Of a stretch of DNA of 30,314 nt, positions 9,195-19,026 are shown one piece after another. The position numbers and the translations under genes are program-made. The notes beneath the pieces are model-generated. The model ran no database searches. It was not told where the DNA came from and saw only the letters and a list, made by a program, of their open reading frames with translations. This DNA comes from a virus. Lineage: Duplodnaviria; Caudoviricetes. Every line of letters starts with the position of its first letter. Positions within the stretch are counted from its first letter, which is position 1. The stretch is taken from positions 1 to 30,314 of the IMG/VR virus record IMGVR_UViG_3300020045_005691; one strand, written 5' to 3'.

Positions 9195-9534
9195 ATATAA
9201 AGATACAAACTGGGATGAAGTTACTAAAAAAGCGATACAAGTAGGATTAACTAAAGCTAGTATTTTAATGAGAAATGATGCTGTTAAAGAATGTCCGGTA
9301 TTGACAGGCAGATTACTTAATTCTATAACACGAGAAGTTAAAGAAAACGAAGCAAGAGTTTTTACGGGGGTTGAATATGCTATGGCTGTTGAGTTTGGTG
9401 TAGGTTCTGCGAAAAGTTCGAAAAAAAGAAAGGGTCACCCTTATATGCGACCCGCATTAAATAATAATGAAAAGAATATAGAAAATATAATAAACAATGA
9501 AATAAAAAGAGCAAGTGCAAAGGCATTAAGATGA
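9178..9534 (+). CDS. HK97 gp10-like tail completion protein
   Basis: CPVLTGRLLNSI, VEYAMAVEFG, HPYMRPAL. Start is uncertain (9172 TTG or 9178 ATG). Confidence 0.9.
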   Translation: MQIEVKYKDTNWDEVTKKAIQVGLTKASILMRNDAVKECPVLTGRLLNSITREVKENEARVFTGVEYAMAVEFGVGSAKSSKKRKGHPYMRPALNNNEKNIENIINNEIKRASAKALR

Positions 9535-9914
9535 CGTTAGACGAATGGTTAGTAAATAAAATATTAAGTTCTACTTCTATCACAGCAGCAACAACAAATA
9601 TAAGACCAGAGTTTTTGCCATTAGACAGTAAACCTCCGGCTATAATATATAATAGTGTTGGTTTTGATAGAAATAGAAAATATAAAATGAGAGTTATATC
9701 ATTAACTTGCTTGCATAATACAAAAAGTCAAGTTGAAACATTAAATGACAATCTGTATAATTTGTTTGATAACAGCACGGCTTATATTCGTGAGACTTCA
9801 AGCAATTTATCAGTTGAGTCTGTGATGATTCAACAAAATGGGGTAGGGGGATTTGATAATGAGAATAAATATTGGTATCGGGTTTTAGATATAAAATTCT
9901 GGTATCATAATTAA
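9531..9914 (+). CDS. Tail terminator protein
   Basis: IRPEFLP..PPAIIY motif and C-terminal YRVLDIKF; lies before the major tail gene. Confidence 0.75.
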   Translation: MTLDEWLVNKILSSTSITAATTNIRPEFLPLDSKPPAIIYNSVGFDRNRKYKMRVISLTCLHNTKSQVETLNDNLYNLFDNSTAYIRETSSNLSVESVMIQQNGVGGFDNENKYWYRVLDIKFWYHN

Positions 9915-9931
9915 ATAAAGGAGAAAATAGA

Positions 9932-10543
9932 ATGGCACAAAATACAGTTCAAAATAGTTCGCTACTTATTTTTGAAGATGTAGTTGGATATGTTGCGGCT
10001 TATACAACAAGCTTTACAACTCTTTCAGAACTTTCAAGCGCTGCATGGCTAAATATAGGGGCACTTGCTGAACTTAGTTTCGAATCAGCGAATGCAACCG
10101 TTCAGCCAGCATCATTAAATGTTGAACATGGACAGATAATTACAAAAGAAGAGGAAACTATAAATATAACTTTACAGGAATATAATTCAAGTATTGTTAA
10201 TTATTTACGCGGTGGCGTATCTCAACAGGTGTCCACAAATTTAGCGGCAATTGGAAGCTCTAAAACATCTGTTTCCTTAGATGTTATGTATTCAGGCGGA
10301 GCAGATACAATTACACCTTGTATGTTGAGATTTAGGACAGTTCTTGCGGATGGTAGAACAAAACAGGTTTTCTATCCAAGATGTTTATATGTGTCCGGCG
10401 GTGCTTCAAGCAATCCAAAAGCACAAGCAAGCGGAGAGTATCAAACACAGGCTTTTACATTAAGAGCTGCCGAGTCAACCTCGATTACTTATAATTCAAG
10501 ACCGCAATATAGAATTGAATTATTTAGCACAGTTTCAAGTTAA
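9932..10543 (+). CDS. Major tail tube protein
   Basis: Position, size and AAGGAG RBS; WLNIGAL, INITLQE, FTLRA pattern. Confidence 0.8.
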   Translation: MAQNTVQNSSLLIFEDVVGYVAAYTTSFTTLSELSSAAWLNIGALAELSFESANATVQPASLNVEHGQIITKEEETINITLQEYNSSIVNYLRGGVSQQVSTNLAAIGSSKTSVSLDVMYSGGADTITPCMLRFRTVLADGRTKQVFYPRCLYVSGGASSNPKAQASGEYQTQAFTLRAAESTSITYNSRPQYRIELFSTVSS

Positions 10544-10560
10544 AATTAAAGGGGGAATTA

Positions 10561-10971
10561 ATGAGTTTAAAAACAGTTGATATTAATTTATTTGGTGGGA
10601 GTCCATTTATAATTACAACGGCGGGCAAGAGTTATACAATTAATTTTATTTCTGCAATTATGGAATTAAAACTGATGCAAGAGCAAGAAGAAATTACGAC
10701 AAAAGCAAGCCGATGGAAACTTTTAGAGCAACAAGATTTAGAGAGATGGAAAGCTTTATTACTAAAAATAATACAAGAGAATACAGTTGATGTAGAAGAA
10801 AAAGATATTTCAAGCTTACGACCAATTGACTTATTGGGAATACTTATGGCTCTTATGACTTATCTTACCGAAAGAAGCAAGATTATATATGAAGGATTAT
10901 CACCAGAAGTAAAAAAAGAAGTTGAAAAAGCTGAAAATGACTTAAAAAAAAAGACAATAGGGACAGTTTAG
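10561..10971 (+). CDS. Tail assembly chaperone (gpG analogue)
   Basis: Lies between the major tail and tape measure genes; ends in a slippery A9G run. Confidence 0.8.
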   Translation: MSLKTVDINLFGGSPFIITTAGKSYTINFISAIMELKLMQEQEEITTKASRWKLLEQQDLERWKALLLKIIQENTVDVEEKDISSLRPIDLLGILMALMTYLTERSKIIYEGLSPEVKKEVEKAENDLKKKTIGTV

Positions 10972-11231
10972 TCCGTTTTGGAAGTATAATTCTACGAGAG
11001 TATAATTTAGGTTATACTCTCAAAGAATTATTTTATAAGTGCGAATGGTGGGAGCTTTTGGGGCTTCTATATGCAAGCTATGAAGATCAGGTTTTAAAAA
11101 AACTTGCAGTTGAGAATTCAAATAAAGAAGCAGAAATAGAACAGAAAATGAAAAGTGGAAGATTAAAAGGATATTATAAATCTAATATGTCAAACTCATT
11201 TAAAAATAAAATCATTGGTGAACATAAATGA
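10944..11231 (+). CDS. -1 frameshift extension of tail chaperone (gpGT analogue)
   Basis: A AAA AAG heptamer at 10947-10953. The -1 frame is open for 92 codons (DNRDSLVRFG...IIGEHK) to TGA 11229-11231, overlapping the tape measure ATG. Confidence 0.85.
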   Translation, partial: KKKDNRDSLVRFGSIILREYNLGYTLKELFYKCEWWELLGLLYASYEDQVLKKLAVENSNKEAEIEQKMKSGRLKGYYKSNMSNSFKNKIIGEHK

Positions 11232-13543
11232 CAGCTGCCGAATTAGAAATAAAAGTAACAACTAACACAGCCGAAATTGAGAAATTAAAAAGTGCCTTAG
11301 GCGGAGTTTCTAAAAGTTCTGAAAGCATGACGGGCTCTATGCTAAAAGCCAATGTTATGTTTTCCTTACTTGAAAAGGGTATAGGGCTTGTTGTAAATAA
11401 AGTAAAAGCAAGTGTTGAAGCTTTTAAGGCACAGGAACAAGCAGAACAAAGATTACGCACTTTAATTGGCGGGGATATTTCTGCTTATACCAATTTGGCG
11501 TCAAGCATTCAAAAAGTAACAACTGTCGGAGATGAGCTATCTTTACAATCAATGGCTTTAGCCAAGACAATGGGCGTAACCAATGACAAACTTGGTCAAA
11601 CTACTCAAAATGCAATAGGATTATCAAAGGCATTCGGAGTTGAATTACATCAAGCTACTAAAATGGCTGTATTGGCAAGTCAAGGAAACTATGAAGCATT
11701 AACAAGATTTATTCCTGCATTAAGAACTACAAAAGATTTAACAGAACAACAAGCAATTGTAAATAAAGCAATGGCTGATGGTTTTAATATTGCAAAGGCT
11801 GAGGCAGAAACATTTGGTGGGAGATTATCACAATTAAAAAATATATCGGGTGATATTTTAGAGGAGTTTGGAAGAATTGCAGGGGTTATCGGTAAAGACA
11901 CAGTCGAATCTCTAATAAAAAGTAAAGAAGCCTTTGTGGACTGGATGAAATCGACAGAGGGTATTGAAAAAATATCTAAAATTGCAGGAACAATTGGCGG
12001 TGTTATTGAAACATTAAAAAATATATTTACAGAATTAGGCAATGTTATAAAAACATATTTAATGGGGGTTATAGATACGGTAAAAACTAATTTTGAAAAA
12101 TTAGTTGGAAAAGGCAATGAGGCTAATACCGTATTTAATATTTTATCGGGTGCAGTTAAGTTAATAGGTATAGGATTTGGAATAGCCGGAAAGTTAATTA
12201 ATTTTGCATTAACAGCATTGACAGATTTTGTATTGGCTATTGGAAAATCAGGAAAAGCTATTGGGGATTCTTTTCTGTTAATAGCTGGTAAAAAAACTTG
12301 GGATCAGGTTAAGCAGAGTTTTAAAGACGCAGAAGATCAAACTGAAATTTTTAGAAAAAATGTTATATTTAATATTGAGGATTTAGTTACATCTATAGTT
12401 GATTCTTTTAAAAAATTTCCAGATGACACGTTAAAACAGGCTGAAGAATGGAGTAAAAAATATGCTGTGATTGTTGAGAAAACTCAAAAGGCGACTAAAG
12501 ATGCATTAGAAGGCAAAGCAACAACTCCGTTAACCCCAGAAATTGATGTCCCCCTTTCAAAAGAAATTAAAATAAATTTAGATATTATTTCTTTTAAAAG
12601 TCAAATCTCTGAGGTTGCTAGTTCATTTGGCGAACTTCAAGATAAAATGGTTTCGGGCATGCAGAATTCTATTAATTCTATAAATGATTCCACAAAAACA
12701 TTTGCTCAAAAATTCGCGGATATATTCTCTGCGATTGGTAGTTCTATAATTGGAACATTAGATATTATACGGTCTACTTTTGAAGAATTTTATGGCGATC
12801 AATTATCTAAATTAGAAGAGCAGCATAATGCAGAAATTGAAGCTATTGATACGCGGCTTGCAGCTGAAATAGAATTGATTCAATATAATGGCATGACAAA
12901 AAAACAATATCAAGATCAAGAACTTGCAGATTTACAGGCTAAATTAGCTATTGAAACAGACGCAACAAAACAAAAAGATTTACAAGATAAAATTTCAGCA
13001 CTTCAAAAAGATATGGCTATAACAGTATCACAGCAACAGGCAAATAAAGCTAAAGAAGAATCTGATAAAAAATATGCGATGGCTAAATATAAAAATGAAG
13101 TTGCTCAATTTGAAACGGCAAAACAATTAGAAATTGTAATGGCTACAATTAATTATTTAATGGGTTTAGTTATGTTGTGGGCTAATGTTTGGTCTTTGGG
13201 ACCGATAGCGGGAGCCATAATGGGCGGTGTAATGACAGGCGTTTTAACTGGAATTTTTGCAGGTTCGGTTGCTAGTATTGCATCAAAACAACCTCCACCG
13301 CCGCCTAAATTTGAACAGGGGACTAATTTCGCTCCAGGCGGACTTGCACTTGTAGGAGAACGTGGAGCAGAGCTGATGAATGTGCCGAGAGGGGCGTCTA
13401 TTACTCCTGCTGATCAAACAGATGCGTTATTAAGTAGACCAATAATCATGCAGGATAAAATAGTTATTAACGGTTATGAATTTGCAGAAATTGTTAGACA
13501 AGTAAATGTAAATAATAATCGTATGGAAAGGTCAAGGTTATAA
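11228..13543 (+). CDS. Tail tape measure protein
   Basis: 771 aa, helical and Ala/Gly-rich, with a hydrophobic C-terminal segment and FEQGTNFAPGGLALVGERGAELM motif. Confidence 0.93.
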   Translation: MTAAELEIKVTTNTAEIEKLKSALGGVSKSSESMTGSMLKANVMFSLLEKGIGLVVNKVKASVEAFKAQEQAEQRLRTLIGGDISAYTNLASSIQKVTTVGDELSLQSMALAKTMGVTNDKLGQTTQNAIGLSKAFGVELHQATKMAVLASQGNYEALTRFIPALRTTKDLTEQQAIVNKAMADGFNIAKAEAETFGGRLSQLKNISGDILEEFGRIAGVIGKDTVESLIKSKEAFVDWMKSTEGIEKISKIAGTIGGVIETLKNIFTELGNVIKTYLMGVIDTVKTNFEKLVGKGNEANTVFNILSGAVKLIGIGFGIAGKLINFALTALTDFVLAIGKSGKAIGDSFLLIAGKKTWDQVKQSFKDAEDQTEIFRKNVIFNIEDLVTSIVDSFKKFPDDTLKQAEEWSKKYAVIVEKTQKATKDALEGKATTPLTPEIDVPLSKEIKINLDIISFKSQISEVASSFGELQDKMVSGMQNSINSINDSTKTFAQKFADIFSAIGSSIIGTLDIIRSTFEEFYGDQLSKLEEQHNAEIEAIDTRLAAEIELIQYNGMTKKQYQDQELADLQAKLAIETDATKQKDLQDKISALQKDMAITVSQQQANKAKEESDKKYAMAKYKNEVAQFETAKQLEIVMATINYLMGLVMLWANVWSLGPIAGAIMGGVMTGVLTGIFAGSVASIASKQPPPPPKFEQGTNFAPGGLALVGERGAELMNVPRGASITPADQTDALLSRPIIMQDKIVINGYEFAEIVRQVNVNNNRMERSRL

Positions 13544-14325
13544 TGGCTGAATTCTGGTTATCAGATGGAACAACAACTCTTGATCTTGGTGATAATGTAA
13601 AAGAGATATCGCTAGAAGGCGGTAAAAGAAATTTTGACATTGTAGATTTTGCATTATCAAATGGCGGTTATATACGTGGCGTGGGGAGTTATTCTGCTAG
13701 AAAATTTTCTGTAACACGAGATGATTTTATTCAAGCAAATGAGAATATAGCATGGAATCAAAGAAGAACAGATTTTATGAAATGGTTTACAAAGCCAGTC
13801 TATGCTAGCCTATATCTTAATATGCAATATTCTACAGATGCAATAACATTACGTACACGAGTATATCCGACAAAACTTGGTAAAGATACATTTAAAAATA
13901 GTTGGAATTATAATGATGGGCGTGATTTTGAACTGGTTTCACCGACTGGGATTTGGGAAGAAACAACAGCAATTGCCGCAAATGTTTCAATAACTTCTAC
14001 AAATGAGCAAACAGTTACAATATCAAATACGGGAATGCTAGAGTCAGCGCCTATATTTAGCTTCACTCCGGATAGTGCTTCGGCTACTATTTTTCAAGTT
14101 AAAATTAGCGAAGGGTATGGATTCAGATTAGAAGGTTCTTTTTCGACAGTAATTATTTCTTATTATATGTCGAATGGGAAATTAACGGTAGATGGTGCTG
14201 AGGTTGATGCTACTAATTATTTATCCGCTGGAAGTCCATTTTTATTTCCGATAACTTCAACTGCTTTTTATGTTACTGCAAGCTCTGGCGTTTTTAATTA
14301 TTCATTTAACAAGAGGTATATATAA
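13543..14325 (+). CDS. Distal tail protein (Dit-like)
   Basis: Directly after tape measure; ISNTGMLESAPIF pattern. Confidence 0.7.
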   Translation: MAEFWLSDGTTTLDLGDNVKEISLEGGKRNFDIVDFALSNGGYIRGVGSYSARKFSVTRDDFIQANENIAWNQRRTDFMKWFTKPVYASLYLNMQYSTDAITLRTRVYPTKLGKDTFKNSWNYNDGRDFELVSPTGIWEETTAIAANVSITSTNEQTVTISNTGMLESAPIFSFTPDSASATIFQVKISEGYGFRLEGSFSTVIISYYMSNGKLTVDGAEVDATNYLSAGSPFLFPITSTAFYVTASSGVFNYSFNKRYI

Positions 14326-15968
14326 TGTATTGGTTTGGAATATATGCCTTTGACTATATGCCAAATCCTTCGGGTGCTGGCGGTGTCTCTGGAATGAGTG
14401 AATTCTATGATTGGCGAGTAGACTGGTATCATAGATCAGGTGGGTTAAAAAAGACCATGTATTTTGGTATAGAAAATATACCAATTCAATCAATAGAATT
14501 TGAAGAAAATAAAAAACTAATAGGTGCTGGAAATATTGATTTGGCTTATGTAGATTTCCCTATTGATATAGCGGATGAGGTAAATTTATATTGGAAAAAT
14601 TCAAAAATTTGGCGTGGACTTGTAGATTCCCAAATTGACCCGAAAGGTGGAAAGATAAAATTAATTCCTTATAGCGATTTGTTGGATACTAGAATAATTA
14701 ATTATACTTTTTCAAGTGCTACATTAGAAACTATGCTACAAACTATTATTCAAGATATTAATGTTTCTGATACAGGTATAACATGGAATAGTGAATATAT
14801 TGATATTGATGATACTGCTTTATATTCAATAAAATTTGATTATGTTACTGCAAAAAAAGCTATTGAAGATATAATTAAAAAAATGAATGGCAGAGAATAC
14901 GGAGTAGATATCAACAACGTTTTTAATGTATATTCTCCGTCAACTACTATTTCTAAGGTTATTCAAAATTGTGAGGATCAATGGTATTCTAAATTAGTCA
15001 ATAAAGTTGATGATAGTCGGATTAAAGCAACACGATACCAAGTCTTCATAAAATCAACTAGTGCTGGGCAATCATTAAGAGTTGGTCAAGTAGGATATGA
15101 TGCTGTAGGAGATCCTTATCCTATACAAGATATCGAAAAAATATCAAAAAGAAAAGATATTAAATTTTCTTTATCTGCTAGCGTAACCTCTACATTTGCG
15201 CTTGATATGGCTTATCAAGATTTACAAAATCAAAATCAACTTAGAAATCAAATTACATTATCTAATTTTAGAATAGATAAATATAATCCTGCTATTGGTA
15301 ATTATGTTAAATGCGTAGACTCACAAGAATTAGTTTTAAAAACCTTGATAGATTGTAATACAGAAACTAATTGGAATAATGCTACTGTATATTCTGATAG
15401 TTATGTTGACGGAACAGGATCAATTCAAATTTTAGTGTCTGTGCCAAGTGAGGAAGTTTATTATGATTTTGGAGAAATTAAAAGATATGATTATATAGAA
15501 AAAATTATATTTATGGTTCAAAGCGAGCAGGATATTGGTGAAATAATGCAAATGGGAATTAGCGAGAATTCAAGCACTTTATTTGACAATCCATACCCAT
15601 TTTTTATAAATGATTCTGATTTATGGGAAATGAAACAAATTGCTATAACCGAAAAATCTTTTAGATATTTAGGATTTAGATTAAAAACCACAAGAGATGT
15701 TAAAAGACAGTTTATGACTTTAGGTAGAAATGCAATGGGGGAAGGTGTTGCTCCGTCAGAATATGCGCAGTTTTATTTTGATCGTATACAGGCGTATACT
15801 TATGATCGTAATGAATATACTGCAAACGTAGTCCAAAAAAAATATAAATTAGATAATAATGAATTAACATTTGATTTAGTTTTAGGGGATTATGATTCTC
15901 AAAGTTCACAAGAATTATTTGATATGAAAAGAGAAGTTGAAAAACTTCAAGAAATACAACAACAATAG
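14325..15968 (+). CDS. Baseplate hub / Tal-like tail protein
   Basis: Follows Dit; IWRGLV and EYGVD patterns; C-terminal coiled coil. Confidence 0.6.
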   Translation: MYWFGIYAFDYMPNPSGAGGVSGMSEFYDWRVDWYHRSGGLKKTMYFGIENIPIQSIEFEENKKLIGAGNIDLAYVDFPIDIADEVNLYWKNSKIWRGLVDSQIDPKGGKIKLIPYSDLLDTRIINYTFSSATLETMLQTIIQDINVSDTGITWNSEYIDIDDTALYSIKFDYVTAKKAIEDIIKKMNGREYGVDINNVFNVYSPSTTISKVIQNCEDQWYSKLVNKVDDSRIKATRYQVFIKSTSAGQSLRVGQVGYDAVGDPYPIQDIEKISKRKDIKFSLSASVTSTFALDMAYQDLQNQNQLRNQITLSNFRIDKYNPAIGNYVKCVDSQELVLKTLIDCNTETNWNNATVYSDSYVDGTGSIQILVSVPSEEVYYDFGEIKRYDYIEKIIFMVQSEQDIGEIMQMGISENSSTLFDNPYPFFINDSDLWEMKQIAITEKSFRYLGFRLKTTRDVKRQFMTLGRNAMGEGVAPSEYAQFYFDRIQAYTYDRNEYTANVVQKKYKLDNNELTFDLVLGDYDSQSSQELFDMKREVEKLQEIQQQ

Positions 15969-15977
15969 GAGAAAAAA

Positions 15978-17312
15978 ATGGGTTTAATATATTCAAAATT
16001 TTATGACATTCCGGTTGATCCTTACGCTTCAACCGTAGACAGTATAACAGAATATTATCATGTTCAAAGCACTTCAAAAGGCGGAACGTATCTTGATATC
16101 AAAGCAGATGCGGCTTTAAATTTTCCTGTAAATACTCCATCAAGATTATTTGTTTATTTACCGCAAAGAGTCGACAGAAGTGATTTGACTGGGTCAAGAG
16201 GTATAACTATTACAGATACAACGGCGGCGGTAAATCTCACGAGAGTGACTGGATTGCCTACTGGAAATGAATATCGTATACCGCCTGAAAGTTCAGTTCG
16301 TAGAGACACGATAGAAATATCTTCGACAAAATTAAATAGAACAATAAGTTATGATTATTATGGTATCGGTTCGGTTCTTAATGCAAATGAGTATAATAAT
16401 AGACATTGGGTTAATAATTATAGTATTGCTGCAAATTATGCAATAGAAGATGATGATTATTACAACTGTATAGATGTTGCTCATTCTTCTACAACGGCTA
16501 AGATTACGGTTACGCTTCCAACCGTTGCGCAAAATACAGGAAGATTAGTTAGGGTACAAAATACGGGGAGTGGTTTAACGCTGATTGAAGGAGAAGGATC
16601 AGAAAAAATATCTTTTTTAGATAACTTATTAGATGATGTTAAATTATTAATGAACGATGATTTTGTTGAATTAAGAAGCAACGGTACGAAATGGATATGT
16701 GAACATGCAAATATAAACATGATAACTAATTGGATTAATAGGGCAGATTGGACGGCTGTAAAAATTGGTTCAGCGTTCACATATGATAATAAATCGGCAG
16801 CAGTAGATTTGACGGGACAACATATAACAGAGGCTACATCTGATCAAAAAGCTATTATATTATATGATAGCGGTGGGACTGGCACTACAGGAATTATATA
16901 TGCCTACAATATAACAGATTCTACAACTGGCCTTGGGTATTGGACAAATAATAGAATTGTGACATGTGGTAGTGGTGGTTATACTATTACAGTTGATGAA
17001 GGTTCTGGAAGTTCAAAAAATATTGATTATAATATATATTGTGGACAAAATATAAATATAAGTTGTAATAAAATGAGATTATTTTATTGTGCAACTGCAA
17101 CTTTTACGGGGGCACAGGAAATGCCTTTATCCTGTGATTATTATGGAAATGGAGGAAATGTTATCGGATTACAATTGTATCAAGTTGATGTTAATAATTA
17201 TTTTATTATAACGGGTAATGTTGGGCTTGCAAATTTAACATCTATTGGTGGTTTTGCAATTATAGGATCAGATGACACTTATTATAATTTAAAATTAGGA
17301 ATTCAGTTTTAA
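15978..17312 (+). CDS. Tail fibre / receptor-binding protein
   Basis: ITVTLPTVAQNTGR...VELRSNGTKW fibre module; T/G/N-rich C-terminal domain. Confidence 0.65.
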   Translation: MGLIYSKFYDIPVDPYASTVDSITEYYHVQSTSKGGTYLDIKADAALNFPVNTPSRLFVYLPQRVDRSDLTGSRGITITDTTAAVNLTRVTGLPTGNEYRIPPESSVRRDTIEISSTKLNRTISYDYYGIGSVLNANEYNNRHWVNNYSIAANYAIEDDDYYNCIDVAHSSTTAKITVTLPTVAQNTGRLVRVQNTGSGLTLIEGEGSEKISFLDNLLDDVKLLMNDDFVELRSNGTKWICEHANINMITNWINRADWTAVKIGSAFTYDNKSAAVDLTGQHITEATSDQKAIILYDSGGTGTTGIIYAYNITDSTTGLGYWTNNRIVTCGSGGYTITVDEGSGSSKNIDYNIYCGQNINISCNKMRLFYCATATFTGAQEMPLSCDYYGNGGNVIGLQLYQVDVNNYFIITGNVGLANLTSIGGFAIIGSDDTYYNLKLGIQF

Positions 17313-17321
17313 GGAGTAAAA

Positions 17322-17813
17322 ATGATACAACAAAAAATAACAAATGGTGAAGGAATGTTAAAGCTTCAAAATAGAGGCTGGGTAACAGCCGAATTATATA
17401 ATGAAAAAACAGATAAGCTAACTAATCCAACTGATTGGCAAGACTGGCAATCAGACTCTATAATTTTAAAACCAACAAAATATGACTATAAAATAATTAA
17501 TGATGAATTGGTTTTAAAAACAGTTGAGGATAGAATAGTCGATATTAGAAATTTTGCAAGAGAAAAACTTATTGAAATGAAAAATAATATTGAATTGGAA
17601 GAAAAAAGAAAAATTCAATTGCAAGAAATAAGCGATTGGACTTCTGGCGATGAGACAAAATTAACAGATATGAAAGATGATTATGATGATGCTATAAATG
17701 ATTACAATAATATCAAAATGCAGTTAATGCAAAATATCGGGAATGAAAATAATTTCAATGCAAAAAAATTAGAATTAAAACCAATATTTCATAAATATAA
17801 TATAAAAGTATAA
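17322..17813 (+). CDS. Hypothetical protein, possible fibre assembly chaperone
   Basis: Follows the fibre gene; AAGGAG RBS; YKIINDELVLK then coiled coil. Confidence 0.45.
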   Translation: MIQQKITNGEGMLKLQNRGWVTAELYNEKTDKLTNPTDWQDWQSDSIILKPTKYDYKIINDELVLKTVEDRIVDIRNFAREKLIEMKNNIELEEKRKIQLQEISDWTSGDETKLTDMKDDYDDAINDYNNIKMQLMQNIGNENNFNAKKLELKPIFHKYNIKV

Positions 17814-17823
17814 GGCGGATGAA

Positions 17824-18267
17824 ATGAAAATATTATTGATAATAATTTTTTATGGTTTATTTTATCACTTCTTTGAGAACTTATTTAATTTTATTTCAAT
17901 GGATTTATTCAACAAAAAAAAGACTTGGCAAGAAAAATTAAAACTCCGGGTATCAATAGCGTCATCTTTTTGGATGATACCGAACGGCTCTATATGCGGA
18001 TTGTTATTATATTTTTTATTTTTAATTCCGTTTAATATGAATAATATTTTTGTCTTATTATCAGTTTGTTTAATCGGCGGTATAATTATAACAAGTGTTG
18101 AATTATTATCGGGTTTATTTTTGAATGTAAAATTAAAATTAAATCTTTGGGATTATTCAAAAAGCAAAATTAATTATAAAGGTCAGATTGACTTATATCA
18201 TTCTTTAGCGTGGTGTGGATTAACTTATTTATTTTATATAGTCAATTTTTTATTTAAAGGAAATTAA
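17824..18267 (+). CDS. Membrane protein, putative ABC-transporter permease-like family (DUF1113/CmpB type)
   Basis: IITSVELLSGLFLN..LWDYS...NYKGQI signature; about 4 TM segments. Confidence 0.75.
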   Translation: MKILLIIIFYGLFYHFFENLFNFISMDLFNKKKTWQEKLKLRVSIASSFWMIPNGSICGLLLYFLFLIPFNMNNIFVLLSVCLIGGIIITSVELLSGLFLNVKLKLNLWDYSKSKINYKGQIDLYHSLAWCGLTYLFYIVNFLFKGN

Positions 18268-18343
18268 TTAATCCCCCTTTTAAAAAAATCCCGATGATGC
18301 GCCGTTGGTGATAGTCGGGATATATTAATTATGGATTAGACAA

Positions 18344-18538
18344 ATGATAAAAAAATCTAGCCAAAGCACTATCGGCATAATAATAATATTATTCTATTTT
18401 GCGATATTGGGAAGTCTTGCGATAATTCCAATTATATTAGATAAGAAAACCGATATCGAATTGATCAAATCAATAGCCTCTATGTTGGGCGTGCCGGTTG
18501 GAGTAGTAGTCGCATTTTTTTTCACGAAAGGCGAATAG
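18344..18538 (+). CDS. Small two-TM protein, holin candidate
   Basis: Two hydrophobic segments; upstream of the endolysin. Confidence 0.5.
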   Translation: MIKKSSQSTIGIIIILFYFAILGSLAIIPIILDKKTDIELIKSIASMLGVPVGVVVAFFFTKGE

Positions 18539-18540
18539 AA

Positions 18541-18990
18541 ATGTCACCGGATGTTATGGAAGAAATATTAATTAGAGTAGAAAAATCTATTGAAAATCTA
18601 AGCTCAAAAGTTGATAAAAATAATGATCAACAAGAAGCTAATCTTCGACAACAACGAGAAATTAACGAGCTAATAATCTCGCATGAGATATTATCTAAGC
18701 AGCACGAAAAAGAGCTTAAAGAAAAAATACCGGATAACTTCAAGACAATCAATGACGGATTCCGTGAGGTGAAAGAGCGCTTTGATCTAGTGTCCGGCAA
18801 GATGACGAAATTTGTCACAAAACAATTGATAATTAATAATGAATTATTGACGTTCAAAAAAGATGCTGAATGTAAAGAAATTGAAAAAAAAGAAGAAAAA
18901 AATAAAATCTTATGGTATAAAAGAGATTGGTTTAAAATGGTTGCTGTGTCGTTATTGACTGGTGTAATATCTTATTTTGTGAAAAAATAA
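18541..18990 (+). CDS. Coiled-coil protein with C-terminal TM (lysis-associated candidate)
   Basis: Long heptad region plus VAVSLLTGVISYFV; adjacent to the endolysin. Confidence 0.5.
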   Translation: MSPDVMEEILIRVEKSIENLSSKVDKNNDQQEANLRQQREINELIISHEILSKQHEKELKEKIPDNFKTINDGFREVKERFDLVSGKMTKFVTKQLIINNELLTFKKDAECKEIEKKEEKNKILWYKRDWFKMVAVSLLTGVISYFVKK

Positions 18991-19026
18991 TTTGATTTCT
19001 ATTGAGAATAGGAGTATAATAATATT

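Noticed and set aside
4670-10543. N-glycosylation sequons (N-x-S/T) in virion proteins
   Set aside because: They are frequent, but expected from high N and S/T content, and no oligosaccharyltransferase-like gene is present.
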